Positions 12,201-24,100 of a stretch of 64,000 nt of DNA are shown piece by piece. Under the pieces are notes generated by a model. The model worked only from the letters and a program-made list of their open reading frames with translations. It was not told the DNA's origin and searched no databases. The stretch is from Bilabrum cf. latius (Eukaryota): NCBI GenBank assembly GCA_965178125.1, contig OZ237736.1:744001-808000 (forward strand). Reading direction: 5' to 3'. Position numbers and translations under genes: made by a program. The stretch's first letter is position 1. Each line of letters begins with the position of its first letter.

Positions 12201-13029
12201 CGCGGACACTGTGGCAGCGCGGGGGCTGTTGTAGATGAGCGCCAGCTCACCAAAGCTGGCATTGCCACTTTCGCGGCTAAATTGGGCTACTGTAGTACCA
12301 TTTACATCAATATCGTACTGCGGGGTGCATGGGGTGGTATAAAAGTGAGCTGCCCTTGCACAAAAGGCTAGCATTGCGTCTGGCACACGATGCTGCTACC
12401 CACCCTTGGGAAGAAAAAGGGTTGCTCACCTTGCCGCTGTCAATGACGTAAAAGTTGTCGCCTTCTTCACCCTGACGAATGATTACATCACCAGCTGAAA
12501 CTTGGCGCGCCTGCATGGCCTGCATGATCTCCGAGAGGGAGTTTTCGGAGAGACTTGCAGTTAAAGCATTCTGCTACAACGCTTCCAAGATTGCCTATTG
12601 CTACCGAGAGCTCTTTGGCACCCTTTTCCGGACGTAAGCAGCACCAACTACAACGCTCGCTGATGGCAAAATCTGCTGGCCTTTACGCTTCGCTCGGAGC
12701 GAAGCAGCAACCATGCCCTCATTCACATCGCCTCGCGAGCGTTTCGATTTTGCAGGGCCCTCTGCCGCGGCCTCAGATCCTGTTGAATGTTCAGTGGCAG
12801 AATCTGCTTGCTTGTCGGGCACTTCATACTTATGCTGCGGTTTCGATGTTACTTGCGTTTCGTTGCGGTCCACATTGCCGATCGTCCGGCTACCAGCCGT
12901 TCGGTTGTTGCCGGGGTCCGAGGTGGCATTTTTCGGCGCATCAGTTGTGACCTAACCACGACGGGAGGGGTTATGATTGCTATTTAATTTAGATGAGTCT
13001 GGAACGGGAGCAGAGGCCCCGCAACCCAT
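9231..13029 (-). CDS. Cyclic-nucleotide-regulated AGC kinase (PKG-like architecture: 3 cNMP domains plus PKA-like kinase), 2 exons (intron 12318-12429)
   Basis: MGCGAS N-terminus. cNMP motifs IIRQGEEGDNFYVI, FGELALIYNSPRAAT, GERALL..EPRAAD. Kinase motifs GTGSFGRV, YRDIKPEN, DFGFAK, CGTPEYLAPE, ending WDAKF-TGA. Eight in-frame TAGs: 12952, 12601, 12595, 12574, 11502, 11253, 10632, 10521. Confidence 0.92.
10404..10466. repeat. Poly-Gly (21 codons) microsatellite in the kinase linker
   Basis: (ACCGCC)n followed by (ACCTCC)n on the + strand. Confidence 0.95.
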
Positions 13030-13153
13030 CGTGATGTAGGCGCAAGTGTCAGCGGGTGAATCAAGCTGAACGCTAAAGCGGAACTAGCCGGCGTCCTTGC
13101 GCGGCGCCGTCTCGTCTATCTCGATCCGTTGCAGACAGTCAACAGCAGGAGGT

Positions 13154-14283
13154 ATGGCAGGAGCCGCCGGAAGCTCGCCAGAACCAGTTTGGCAAGATCG
13201 AGAAATTCGATTCGATTCGGCATGGAAGTGAGTATGGAACTCTTTCGCTCGATTGACTGCAAAGTATGGCAAGGTTGCACCACTTGTAGCAGTGTCTTCT
13301 GCATCCAAACCGTTTGCAGGCATATGCGATTGCGCAAGGGCGAAGTATTGATTGATAGTATCAACTCAGTCGAAGACACGAAAGGTAATAACGGAGAGCG
13401 CGGGGCGCTACAGGTGACGAACTTGCGGATTACTTGGTTCAGTCACAAGAGTTTCAACACCAATCTATCAATAGGGTATTCATGTATCCAAACGATTAGC
13501 ATTCGTACTGCTGAGTCGACGCTGAGGGGGAGAACCCAGGCCCTGTTCTTGATGACCAAGTTCAACGGGGCTAGGTACGAATTCGTGTTTACAAGCCTAG
13601 TAAAGTCGTCGCCGAGGTTATTTACTACGGTACAAACGGTGTTTAGGGCCTTTGAAACGTCTAAGCTATATCGAGATTTGAAGCTACGGGGGGCAGCCGT
13701 CCGAGACGGGCGGCTGAACCAGTTGCCAGACGAAGAAGTCGTTCGTAAGGTGGACGGCGTTTGGAACCTGTCCAGCGACCAAGGCAATCTGGGCGTGTTT
13801 TACATGACCAACGTCCGAATCGTGTGGCACGCGAAGTTGGCGGAGAATTTCAACGTGAGCATACCCTACATGCAGATCAAGCAGCTGGTGCTGCGCGACA
13901 GCAAGTTCGGCCCTGCCCTCGTCATCGAGACGACCAAGCGGTCGGGCGGGTACGTCCTGGGATTCCGCATCGACCCTGTGGAGCAGCTCGAGGCCGTGGC
14001 AAAGGAAGTGGACGCGCTCCACCAGGTCTACGCTGAGACGCCGAACTTCGGAGTCAAGTTCACCGTCGAGGACTCCAAGCCGCCTCCCAGCGAGCTCAAG
14101 GCAGCCACGGTGGAGGACGACGTCGAAGTGGTTGACGAGGACGGGGGCGGGGACGTGCTGGCGGCGTACTACGCGGATGGAGGGTCTGCAGGGGATAGGC
14201 CCCCGGTGTTTGATCGGAGGCTTGGGTTGGCCGTGGAGGCCCTGCCTGCCGGGTTCTCCACCGAGAAGCTCTGGAAGGTGTGA
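13154..14283 (+). CDS. BBS5: Bardet-Biedl syndrome 5 protein (BBSome), 2 exons (intron 13228-13319)
   Basis: WQDREIRFD in exon 1; VEDTKGNNGERG.L.VTNLR, SKLYRDLKLRGA, GVWNLSSDQGNLG, SKFGPALVIET, GGYVLGFRIDP. No internal TAG; ends TGA. Confidence 0.96.
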
Positions 14284-14475
14284 GTGATTGGGATCGGTAG
14301 ACTTGTGCGTATACAGCATGCTTCTGATAATCTTTCAGCACAAAGGCGCCGGAAATTTAATTCCAATGTTAGTTATTCAAACGGATAGACAAAGACTCAA
14401 CGTCCACCTGAGCACGGTAGGCTACACCCGTGAGAGCTGCTGCTGCCACTGACCGCAGCCATCGCCCGTTTACCA

Positions 14476-15837
14476 TCACAGCTCATCACCATGACCAGAA
14501 ACAACCTACTTTTTCTTCTTTTGTTGCTGCCTGGACGAGTCTCCCGCGGGTGGCTGCCACGCATCCGATGGGGGTCTCACCCTTCGCGTGCCGGACTCGG
14601 TCACGAAATCCTCGGGGTCGAATCCTGCTAGAGAAGGCGGCAGCAGCACGTGCGCCACCGACTCGCCCTTGAGGTGCTTGAGGCCTGGTGCCACGGGCGT
14701 CGTCGTTTGCATGAGGGTGGAGTGCACTGCCGGGTCACTGCCCCACACATGCGAGCGCCACGACACGACCGCGGCAGCCCCCCAGGCCCTGGCGTGGAAC
14801 TGGGCCGCTCTGCGTGCACTAGCGCGGGCCAACGAGTCGCTTCCGCTGAGGTATACGAGCAAGACTCCCTCCACCCCACTCCAGGCATCGCTCCGGGCAT
14901 CCACGCCGGGGACAGCCTCACTATCTCCTTGCAATGACTCGGACGGCGGCAGCAGCGCGGCTCGTATGGCGTAGAGCGCGAGGTCTGGCATGGGTCCCAT
15001 CAAGCTCACCTGCTCCATGGCCCCCTGCGCCACGACCCGGCGCCTGGCTGCATCCAGGGTGCGCTTGCCGCCAACCTGGTCAGTAGGAACAAAGAACACC
15101 GCGCCTCCGGTGGCAAGCAGGGCAGGCGCGCGCACTGCATGCGCGGTGGACTTCACGTGGTCCACCTCCCTGAGGACGTGCTCTTCCCAGCGGGCCTTGG
15201 CAGCGCCTGCTCCTAGCCGGAGCACAGGGACCGGAGTGCCGTCAGTCGGGCACCATAGCAGGCCATGGTGAGCTGCCGAGTCGGGCAGGTGTGCAGCATT
15301 GGCCCGTCCTTCGCTGCTGGCCCCAGCCACGCCGCACGCTGGAAGTTGCAGGGCGCGGGCCTCGGTGGGACTGAGAGGGGCCAATCGATGCTCGTGCCCA
15401 CCGATCGACACGACACTCAAGTCGTCAAGCGCACGAAGGCCGGCATCGGAAGCTGCAAGTGGTCGATCCAGGAACGCAACAGTCACCATGGCTTCCGAAG
15501 CTTCCTTCATTGCTACTTGTTCCGATGCCGCAGGGAACTCCCAGTGCTAGATCCTCCTCAACTTGCCCGTTGGCTCCCCTCCCATGCTGGACATCAGTTG
15601 CAACCCGAACATGACCGATGCTAGAGTAGCTGCGAGAATGACCATGGCAGCCAGCGCCATCCGTACAGGCAGCGGCACGCAGCCAAGGCAGGCATCGCAT
15701 CGAGCCACCCTGATGCCCCCGTACCACCAGGGCTCCTACGCTGCGGTATCCACTGGCGTTGTTCTCCGGCTAGGTCTTGAGCCTTCCTCAGCCGCAGATG
15801 GTCTGCGCAGCCCTTTCGAGTCCATGTGCGACGACAT
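14476..15837 (-). CDS. Hypothetical type II membrane protein ending in HGDEL
   Basis: Single frame with TAG at 15736, 15547 and 14506. TM segment MALAAMVILAATLASVMFGL; C-terminus KKKK*VVSGHGDEL-TGA. Start codon uncertain (15837 or 15825). Confidence 0.7.
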
Positions 15838-15902
15838 TCGAGTATGCGAGAGCTGAACAGGCGCACTGCTATGACTTGCTTGCAACCAGAGTCACAAAAG
15901 GA

Positions 15903-17873
15903 TCAGTGCCCTCGGTGGTGTGACCTAGACCTGGCCTTGCTGCTACCCCCGTGGATGGATGAGTGCAGCTTCTTCACGAACTCCTTGCTCCCGGTGGAGC
16001 CGATGGACGTCCGCGCGCGAGAGCTCTGCTCCTGCTCCTGCTGCCAGAATCCTGCGTGCTTGCTGTGGTCTTCGTCCCCGCTCGAGTCGTCCGAGTGTGC
16101 AGCGTGCGATGCCTCGCGGGAGTGGGCGAGCGGAGTGCTGCTGTCGGGGGCGCGATCCAGCCCTTCGGACACGCTGCTGCGGCCGTTCGAGATCGACGGG
16201 GTGGGGCGATGCCGTTCGCCGCGCTTGCTAGGAGAATGCCCGTGCTCGTGCCCGTGGCCGTGGCCGCTTGCGATGCCGCCTGACGCCTTGCGGGTGCCTA
16301 GTCTCTTTGCTGTTCGAAGGTCCGGGTGATCCTACGCGATATAGGCGCCTGTTGAGCTCTGTCTGCGCTGCTTTGGGTGCGTGCTGTGGTGATCGCGTGT
16401 CGACTGCTCCTGCTCGACGCGAGGAGTAGCCGGGAATGACGACAGAGACGAGAACCCTGCAGAGACTTGTCTCCTGTGCGAGCTGATGCCAGCTTCAATG
16501 GGACCGCCACCACCGAGCGGACTCAATGGAGTGAGTGCACCGCCGTTGCTATTTCCCGATCCGATCCCTGATTCGATCGATTCTGCTGTGTCTCTGCGTG
16601 CCTGCTCGAGCAACCCGAGGTCGATGGACGCCAAGGAGTCGCGGCCCGAGCCGCGCTAGTGGTCGCCAGGGGCAGAGTCCGTCGGAATCAGGCGAGGAGA
16701 CCCGCGAGGACTACCAGTCAGAAGCGCACCAGCTCCTCGGGGTGACCCAGGTGACCCAGCGTGGAGCAGGTGCAGGTGCTGCTGCTGGCTAGTGGGTAAC
16801 CCCCCCGGCTGGGGAGAGAGCGGGCCCCTGCCTGCCGGTAGGCTCTAGAGTGACTGTCCAGAGGACAGGCGCCTTCGGCTATCGGTGTTACCGATTGACT
16901 TGTGCTTGGCAGCCCCCGACCTCCGGGAACGGTGTGACGAGTGTTCGGAGAGAGGTAACCCGGTGGAGCTGCGTCCCCCCGGTAGTGTGCCGGCCGATGG
17001 GCAATCTCTTGAGCGGCTCTCGCCTCCTGCCTAAAGTGCTCGCTGCTCTGCTCTAATCACCTGCCTGGGCGAGGGGTCGCTTGATCCTGCCGCTGCGATT
17101 CGGAGGCGGATGTCTTCGTCTCCCCCTTCCTGTCCTTCTAGGAACGGTCTCTTGGCAGCGGCGGATGCTACGTTGCCCTGGAGACCCCTTCTGAGTTCTT
17201 CTTCTTCCTCGTCCTCCAGATCCTCTTCGATTCCTCCTTCTTCTTCCTCTGAAACGACTTCGAGGCCGTTGCGCTGCTCGCCCTCCGTGTCTCCGTCAGC
17301 CTCGTCAAGGAGTGCTAGGCCAGATGACGCGGATTTCTTTATGCCCTATGACAAGTAGTCGTTGATAACGAAGTTGGCGAATCGCAAAGTCCAAGCCGTG
17401 CTCTCAGACAACCAAGGAACCAGGGGAGTGGCCCGGTACGACTTGCCAAGCTTAAGGAGCCAACCAGAATAGCCTCGAAGCGCTGGTGGCAAGATCTGTT
17501 GCGGAACGCGGTCTGATAGAGACAGTGCTGATCGCCCAGATGCTAGCGATCCTCCTGATTTCTAACTCGCTGTGTCTGAATGCCGCCGCCGAATTCGGTA
17601 CTCCCGAACTCTTTGGCGAAAGTCAGCCGCTTCTCGTTCCTCTCGCCTACAAAACTGCCGGTATGCAAGGAAAGAACTTCCGGCAACGGCAACCCAAAAG
17701 TCAATTACAAGCTATCTAAACCCAGGAAAGCAATACACAGCAGGTGCTACGCAGATTACCAGAAGCACTCCTAGTTTGAACAAAAAGACTACAACGCTAG
17801 CACCAGCTGTAACAATCCAGATAAAAGGGTAGAATATGTATCCTAAGATTGCCCAAGCGACTTCTAGCACCAT
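15903..17873 (-). CDS. Hypothetical protein, hydrophobic N-terminus plus long low-complexity tail
   Basis: Frame of about 1.97 kb without TAA/TGA, containing ~7 TAGs (e.g. 17712, 17346, 16656, 16332). Starts MVLEVAWAILGYIFYPFIWIV; ends TGA. Confidence 0.68.
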
Positions 17874-17979
17874 CGAAGTGAGACTTGTCCGTGAATTCCA
17901 GATTCTAGTCAAATATGAACGCAACAAACAAGACGAAGGTTCGTCCCATTCGGTCTCGCCAAACCAGCATTTCAGAGTA

Positions 17980-20895
17980 ATGGCTGCGTCTGTGGGCCTT
18001 GCTTGCCTGCTTCATGCTGTCTATGCTCACACTTCATCGTTAGATGGCAGTGACTGGGTTGCTACCGGCGTTTCGAGCGACTGGAAGTCTCCCGTGGTCT
18101 TGCCTGCCACCGTTCCCGGCGAGATTCTTTCGGACCTACAGCGTGCAAACTTGATTGGTGACCCGTACTACGAATTGAATTTCTTGAATGCGAGCTTATG
18201 GGATCCTAGCGTAGCGTCGTGGTCGTTCTAGAAAGACTTTTTGAGTCCTGTGGATCGGTCAGGTTCATATCTCCTCGTCTTTGATGGGGTAAAGATGGGG
18301 GCAGTCGTAGAGCTCAACGACCAGTACCTCGGAAATACATCGGACTAGTTCTTACGGTACACGTGGGACGTGACCGACCACCTTGCGCCTAACGGTGGTG
18401 CGAACAAACTACGGTTGACTTTTGGTAGTGGCATCGACGAGCAGGGGCGCTTCATGCCGTGCACCGGCGGCTGGGATTGGGCCCCCATAAGCAACACAGA
18501 GATCACCAGCAAGGCCACTGGAACCGCCCGGACGTTTTCTTTGGGTATCTGGAAGAGCGTGTGGATCTAGGGCATCTCTCCCAACGACGTGTCGATCGAG
18601 CACCTCGTTCCCTCACAACGGTACCTCGGACAGTACCCAACGGCGCCGCTGGAAGATGGGAAGCACGCCGGTTTCGTTGTTCGCGTGGCTTTGCATGGAT
18701 GGGTCGGCAAAGGGGGTGCAGGTGGCCACTTCAGAGTCAGGGGTGACTGGGGGCCCACCGTCACAACCAAGAGGCTGGTGCTGCAGCAGGGGAGGTTTGA
18801 CACATCTGTTACCATGCAGGCGCCTGCGAGTGAAGTAAAGCTGTGGTGGCCTAACGGCGTGGGAGACCAGTACCTCTACAACATCACGGCGGAATGGGTG
18901 CCCGACTACACTGGCAGTGAACCACTTGGCGGATCCGATGTGCCGAGGTATGCGGCATCTGCAGCGGAGGGCGACTCTCTCACACGGCAGATTGGCTTCC
19001 GGGTTGCAGCACTCGTCACAGTCAACGACACGGATCCCGAGGTGGTCCGCGTCAATGGAACTGCCGACGGTTCCGGCACGTTTGGCATGTTTTTTCGAGT
19101 CAACGGAGCGCCCCTGTTCGCCCGTGGTGCCAACCTTGTGCCGATGGAGGAGATGGAGGGCAGGATGCATGACACTGCGGTGCGGCAGCTGGTCGACAGC
19201 TCGGCGGACGCTGGCATGAATATGATCCGCGTGTGGGGCGGAGGCATCTATCCATCGGATGCATTCTATGAGCAGTGCGACTACCGCGGCATCCTCCTGT
19301 ACCACGACCTCATGTTTGCCGGCGCTGGCCATTCAGCCATCAACGTGTCCCACACGACCCTCGTGGCTGAAGTGCAGCACCAGGTCAGGCGACTGGCGTC
19401 GCACCCGTCTATTTTGCTGTACGACGGCGCGAACGAAGTCATCGTGAACCGCACGGGACCCACTACCGTGTACGCTGACGTTGTGCTGGCCACCGTCGCT
19501 CGCGAAGACCCCTCGAGAATCCTGTGGCCTGCCTCCCCCGCCGCTGGGTGGCTGTCTGGAGTGAACCGCCTGTATGGAGCTCCCGCGGAAAACCAATCGG
19601 CACCTTTAGTGGCTCTTGTGGGCAAGCACGCGCACATCTGGGACGCGGGCAACGAGAGGCACGGGCCGTACGAGGCAGGCTACTCGACATTTGGCGCGGT
19701 ATGCAACGACCCCTGGTCGCAGGCGCTGCACTACGACCCGCAGATGCCGATGAAATCCTTGTATCCAGTCAATACGGGGGTGCAGGAGAAGTCAATCTTC
19801 ACCTCTGAGTTTGGAGTGGCTGTCATGAGCTCGTTCGAGTCGATGGCGCCGACTCTCAGTCCCAGCCACTGGTCGCTTCACGGCGGAGACGCGCCGCCTG
19901 ACAAATGCGGCGATGCGATCGTGGAGCGGCAGTGCAACGGCACGAACCCCATGGCTCAGCGCAACTGGGTCTGCGACAACATGATTTGGTCGGTCTTTGG
20001 CCCAGCACGCATCAACTCAACTGGAGGCGAGCGGAACTTCCAGGCACAGCTATACCAGTGCCTGGTGGCCCAGGCGTTGACCTTGAAGCAAAGAATAGAG
20101 GCCATGCGGGTTACCAACACGCTTGGCATGCTTGTGTGGCAGCTGAACGACATCTGGCCGACGGGTTCATGGGGAAGCCTCGAGTACGGGACTGCTTCGA
20201 ATCTCACGGTTGGCCAAGTCGTTGGCGGGCGTTGGAAGCCGGTGCACCACCTGTACGACGCTTCGCTGATGCGCGACGTGTTTGCGTCTTGCGGGATCCT
20301 TCATAACGGCACCAACGCGTGCTTCGTGCGGTCAGACCGTGCCGGTGTTGCGTTCCATGGGTCGGTCACTTTCACAACTGTCGATCTCGCAACCGGCGAG
20401 CAGCAGCCCTGGCTCGTGAGGAAGCAGATGTAGATGCCTCCCGGACCTGCGAGCATGGAATGGCTCCCCGCACCAGGCGGCCTGCTTCCCAACGGCAACA
20501 CGACCGCGCTCATAGCTGAAGTGTTGAATGAGGACGGCACAACGGTGGAATCCAACCACGTTGTATCGCTGGCACCGCCGTCAACCATGCAGCTCTCGCA
20601 CGACGTGAGCGTGCAAGCAGTTGTAGGCGCCGCTCCGGGACGAAGCGGTAGAATTCCCGTCACTGTTTCTGCGTTGGGCAAGGGTGTCGCTGCTTTCGTG
20701 ACGCTAACAACTGCAGCGCAAGGCCGCTTCTCCCGCAACACATTTCTGCTGCGGCCCCAGGCCCCCATGGAATTAGACTTCATTCCTTTCGGGGACGCTG
20801 CAGAGGCACACAGGCAACTGAATGCCTCGCTCCGAGTCGAGCATGCCGCCATGTACATGTCAAAGATGCTGGATGTAAGCGGGTCTAGATGGTGA
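17980..20895 (+). CDS. Secreted GH2 beta-mannosidase-like glycosidase
   Basis: PATVPGEILSDL, LVFDGVKM, GWDWAP, GIWKSV, LWWPNG.G.QYLY, F.RGANLVP, NMIRVWGGG, RLASHPSI, SEFG, WQLNDIWP. TAGs at 18229, 18346, 18568, 20431; ends TGA. Confidence 0.92.
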
Positions 20896-21121
20896 TGTGC
20901 TGTACTTTCGTCAGCCTATCCAATGGATCGTGAAGTGGTGCGGCAACGTGATCAGGATCTGCGTGCATGCAGCCTTTTGAGTGGGATCAATACGAAGGCA
21001 AGAACGATATTCCACATTGTCAGAGATAATCCAAATAGCTGACTGGTACAAAACTATGTCCATTCCACCTTCCTGTCGACTCCCGGGGCCGGATCACCCC
21101 CCGCAACACGCCAACTCTAAC

Positions 21122-24100
21122 TCAACCTTTTCGCTAGAACATGCCCTGGAAGAACCCGCCTATTCCGCCAGTACTCTAGCTTTCACCTTGGGGTCCAGAC
21201 GAGGCGTTCGCGGCTTCCTTTGCTCTATCCGCGCCTGGATCCGATTCGTCGGCTGCACGCCCTGACTAACCCTGCCCCTCGAGCGTGCCTGCGGGTGCCT
21301 CGCCACCAGCAACAGCGGCTGTAGCACGAGCAAGGTCACTAGACCTCGACTTCGCCATGGGATCAGAGTAAGTAGGCTCCAGCTCACGCCCAGCAGCGAG
21401 CATTTGCACCCGAATGGGACCGCTGTCACTCCTCTACGACCACCGTACCCGGCCTGACAGCCAGGCGGCAGCCTTGGGATCTTCACCGGGTCCTGCACCG
21501 GCTGCGCTACCGGCTCCTGAGGCCGGACCCTTGCTGCCGCTCGGGGCAGCACCCCTGCCCCCAGCAGGCGCAGCTGAGGCGTCAGCCCCTAGCTTGCTCG
21601 CCGCTATTCCAACCCGAGCACCGCCTGCCATCGAGGCTGCCTGGCTCGTCCTCCTGGCCAGCAGGTACTCGAGATTCCCTGAGAGCATCACCCGGGTGGT
21701 CTCACCCACGGACGGCGACATGTACTTGTTCCTCAGCTGCTCGAGGTACTCCTGGCTCTGCAGCCTCGCACGCAAGCGCGTGATCAAATCGCGTCTATCT
21801 TGCTAATGGACCGCGCAAAGAGACAGCATGTCCCTCTGGTTGACGCCCTTGCCGTCATCCTTTGCCTCTCGGATGAGCTGGAATGGGAACGGTGTGGGGA
21901 GGTCTGCCTGGTCCAGGGTTACGCATTTCACCTCCCACCGCTGGGCTGCGCCTTCCTACTCCTCACGCCTCTTAATCTACTCCTCAAGCCTCTCGGCTGC
22001 ACCACGAGCCGCCTCTACGTCATCTGCGGACCCGTCTGCTATCTGCAACTACAGCTTCTCCAATTGACGCTTCTTCCTCTTGATGATGGCCGCGACATCG
22101 GAGTTGCGCCCGATCTGAACCTAAGCCTCATAGTTCGCACCCATGAGATCCTTCAGCTGCCGTCCTGCTTCTTCGTAGGCGCGTTTCGACACCTGCTTCT
22201 GGGCCGAGCCGCCCGGTGCTTGCTTGAAAGCCCGCCGGAGCCTCTTCCGCTGCGTCTGCAACCCGAAAATGCGAGCCGGGTCTCGGTACCACACCAGCAC
22301 ATTCCCGACGAGCCTGACATAGTACGACTGGAAGGACCTCGCGGCGCTGCCTCTCCTCGCCATGTACAGCTCCCCTTCAAAATCGCTCTCCCGGACTGCT
22401 GCCAGCTTCTTCACGGATGTTTGCATGCGCTCGAAGCACCACAGATCGAACCAATCGATGGAACGCGGCACCTCGCCGGTTCGCTTGAGCCTCCGAATGG
22501 CGCTGTCCGAGGTGCGTCGCTCGGGCGCGACACGGTCGTGCAGAAGGGCCAAAAAGGGCATGTTCACATTTGCAAAGTGGTTGAGAATACCCTCCATATC
22601 AGTTGGCTGCTCTGCCACGAACAACTCGCGGTCGAACGCAGCCCTGAGGTTGGCCCGCAGGTCGTCCAGCCTTAGAATGCCAGCGCTGGGTTTAGGTCTG
22701 CCAACCGACCCGTCCGAGTCACGGGCAGCAAGCGGCGTTGTAATGGCTTCCTGAAGGGGTTCCTCTCTAATATATAGACGGAATGACCTCAGGAGCGTCA
22801 CCATGGTCGAGCCTGCGATCACGCGGAGCAGCTGGACGTCGGGTCTCCAGCCTCGAGGTGCACTGGGTGCCTCATCGGCATCAGTCAGCAGCAGCCTGCC
22901 CTCCTGCGGAAGAGAAGCAATGGCCTTGCAGGTGACGCTGCAGCCTTTCGGCAGCTCGAGCCTTCTATGTACACCGCCAGCATCACCGCCTGCAACAGCT
23001 GCATCCGATCCCATGCCACCGCGTACTGGGCTTGTTGCCGGTCCGACAGGGCCACCACCCGAATGCTTGTCGTCATCGTCCCAGCCTCCAGCTGCAGGCA
23101 CGGGAATGAAGGTGCTGTCTAGAGATTGACTCAAGCTGTCCTCATCGTCCTCACCGATAGATGCGGTCGACTCGTGGTCTCGATAATGGCCAGCTGAAAT
23201 TCGTACTGCACTCGAGCCTGGCGTGTCGCTATGGCCCTCCGCATCCGGATTTCGATCACACGAACGAAACCTCCACCACGATGGCCGCACAGCAGCCAGC
23301 AGTCGCCTCACGCACCTGCGTACCACCGTCCCGTTGTCCCCACCGCACATGTCATCATCCCAGCGCAAACCTCTGGCATCGTCATCGCCATACGTCTCCT
23401 CGTCATCTTGGTCACTCGAAGTGCCCCGGACCTCGTCAGGGTACACGAGCACTTGCCTCGCCAGACGCATGGTGCGGGCCTCGTGTCCAGCAGCAGGCAC
23501 CGAACCTACAGCGGGAGCACCTGCCGCAGCCGTTCTCGCTTCGGATGAGCCAGTAGCGGCAGCGTGGGCCTCCTCAGAAGCGGTAGAGTCGGCAGCGGAA
23601 TCAACATTTGTGGGGGCGTGCACCTCCAGGGACTGCTAGAACCGAAGTCGGAGCAGCCTGTCCCTCCAGCCCTTCCACGGGGCATCCACGCCAACCAGGT
23701 GAGCGCTGTTGCTGCGCACAGGAAACAGGCGGGCGCGGTCATTGTCTCCAACTATAGACGCTGTGCTGCGTGGCATGGCGTCGTACGCCTTGGCTGCTGC
23801 ACGCACTGCAGCCCACGTGGCTGCTTCCTCCTCATCTGCGAAGGCAATCCCGACCGCGAGTGCCCTCTCTGACTCTTGCGGGCCCGTGGGGCCAAGTGAT
23901 CTCTGCACGCCGTCCAGCTTTGGGGCCGCGTTCAAGATCACCTCTTCGTCCACCTCGCCCTGGATGATCGAGGCAGTGGCCGCCCCAACACCGGCCAGCT
24001 GCATCCTTTCAAAGGCAGTGGTCGGCTTATACAGCATGTCAGAGCCGTGGCCGGTCGCCTTGAGCCCGCCATGTCGGATAGGTGACATACCCTCCTCGTC

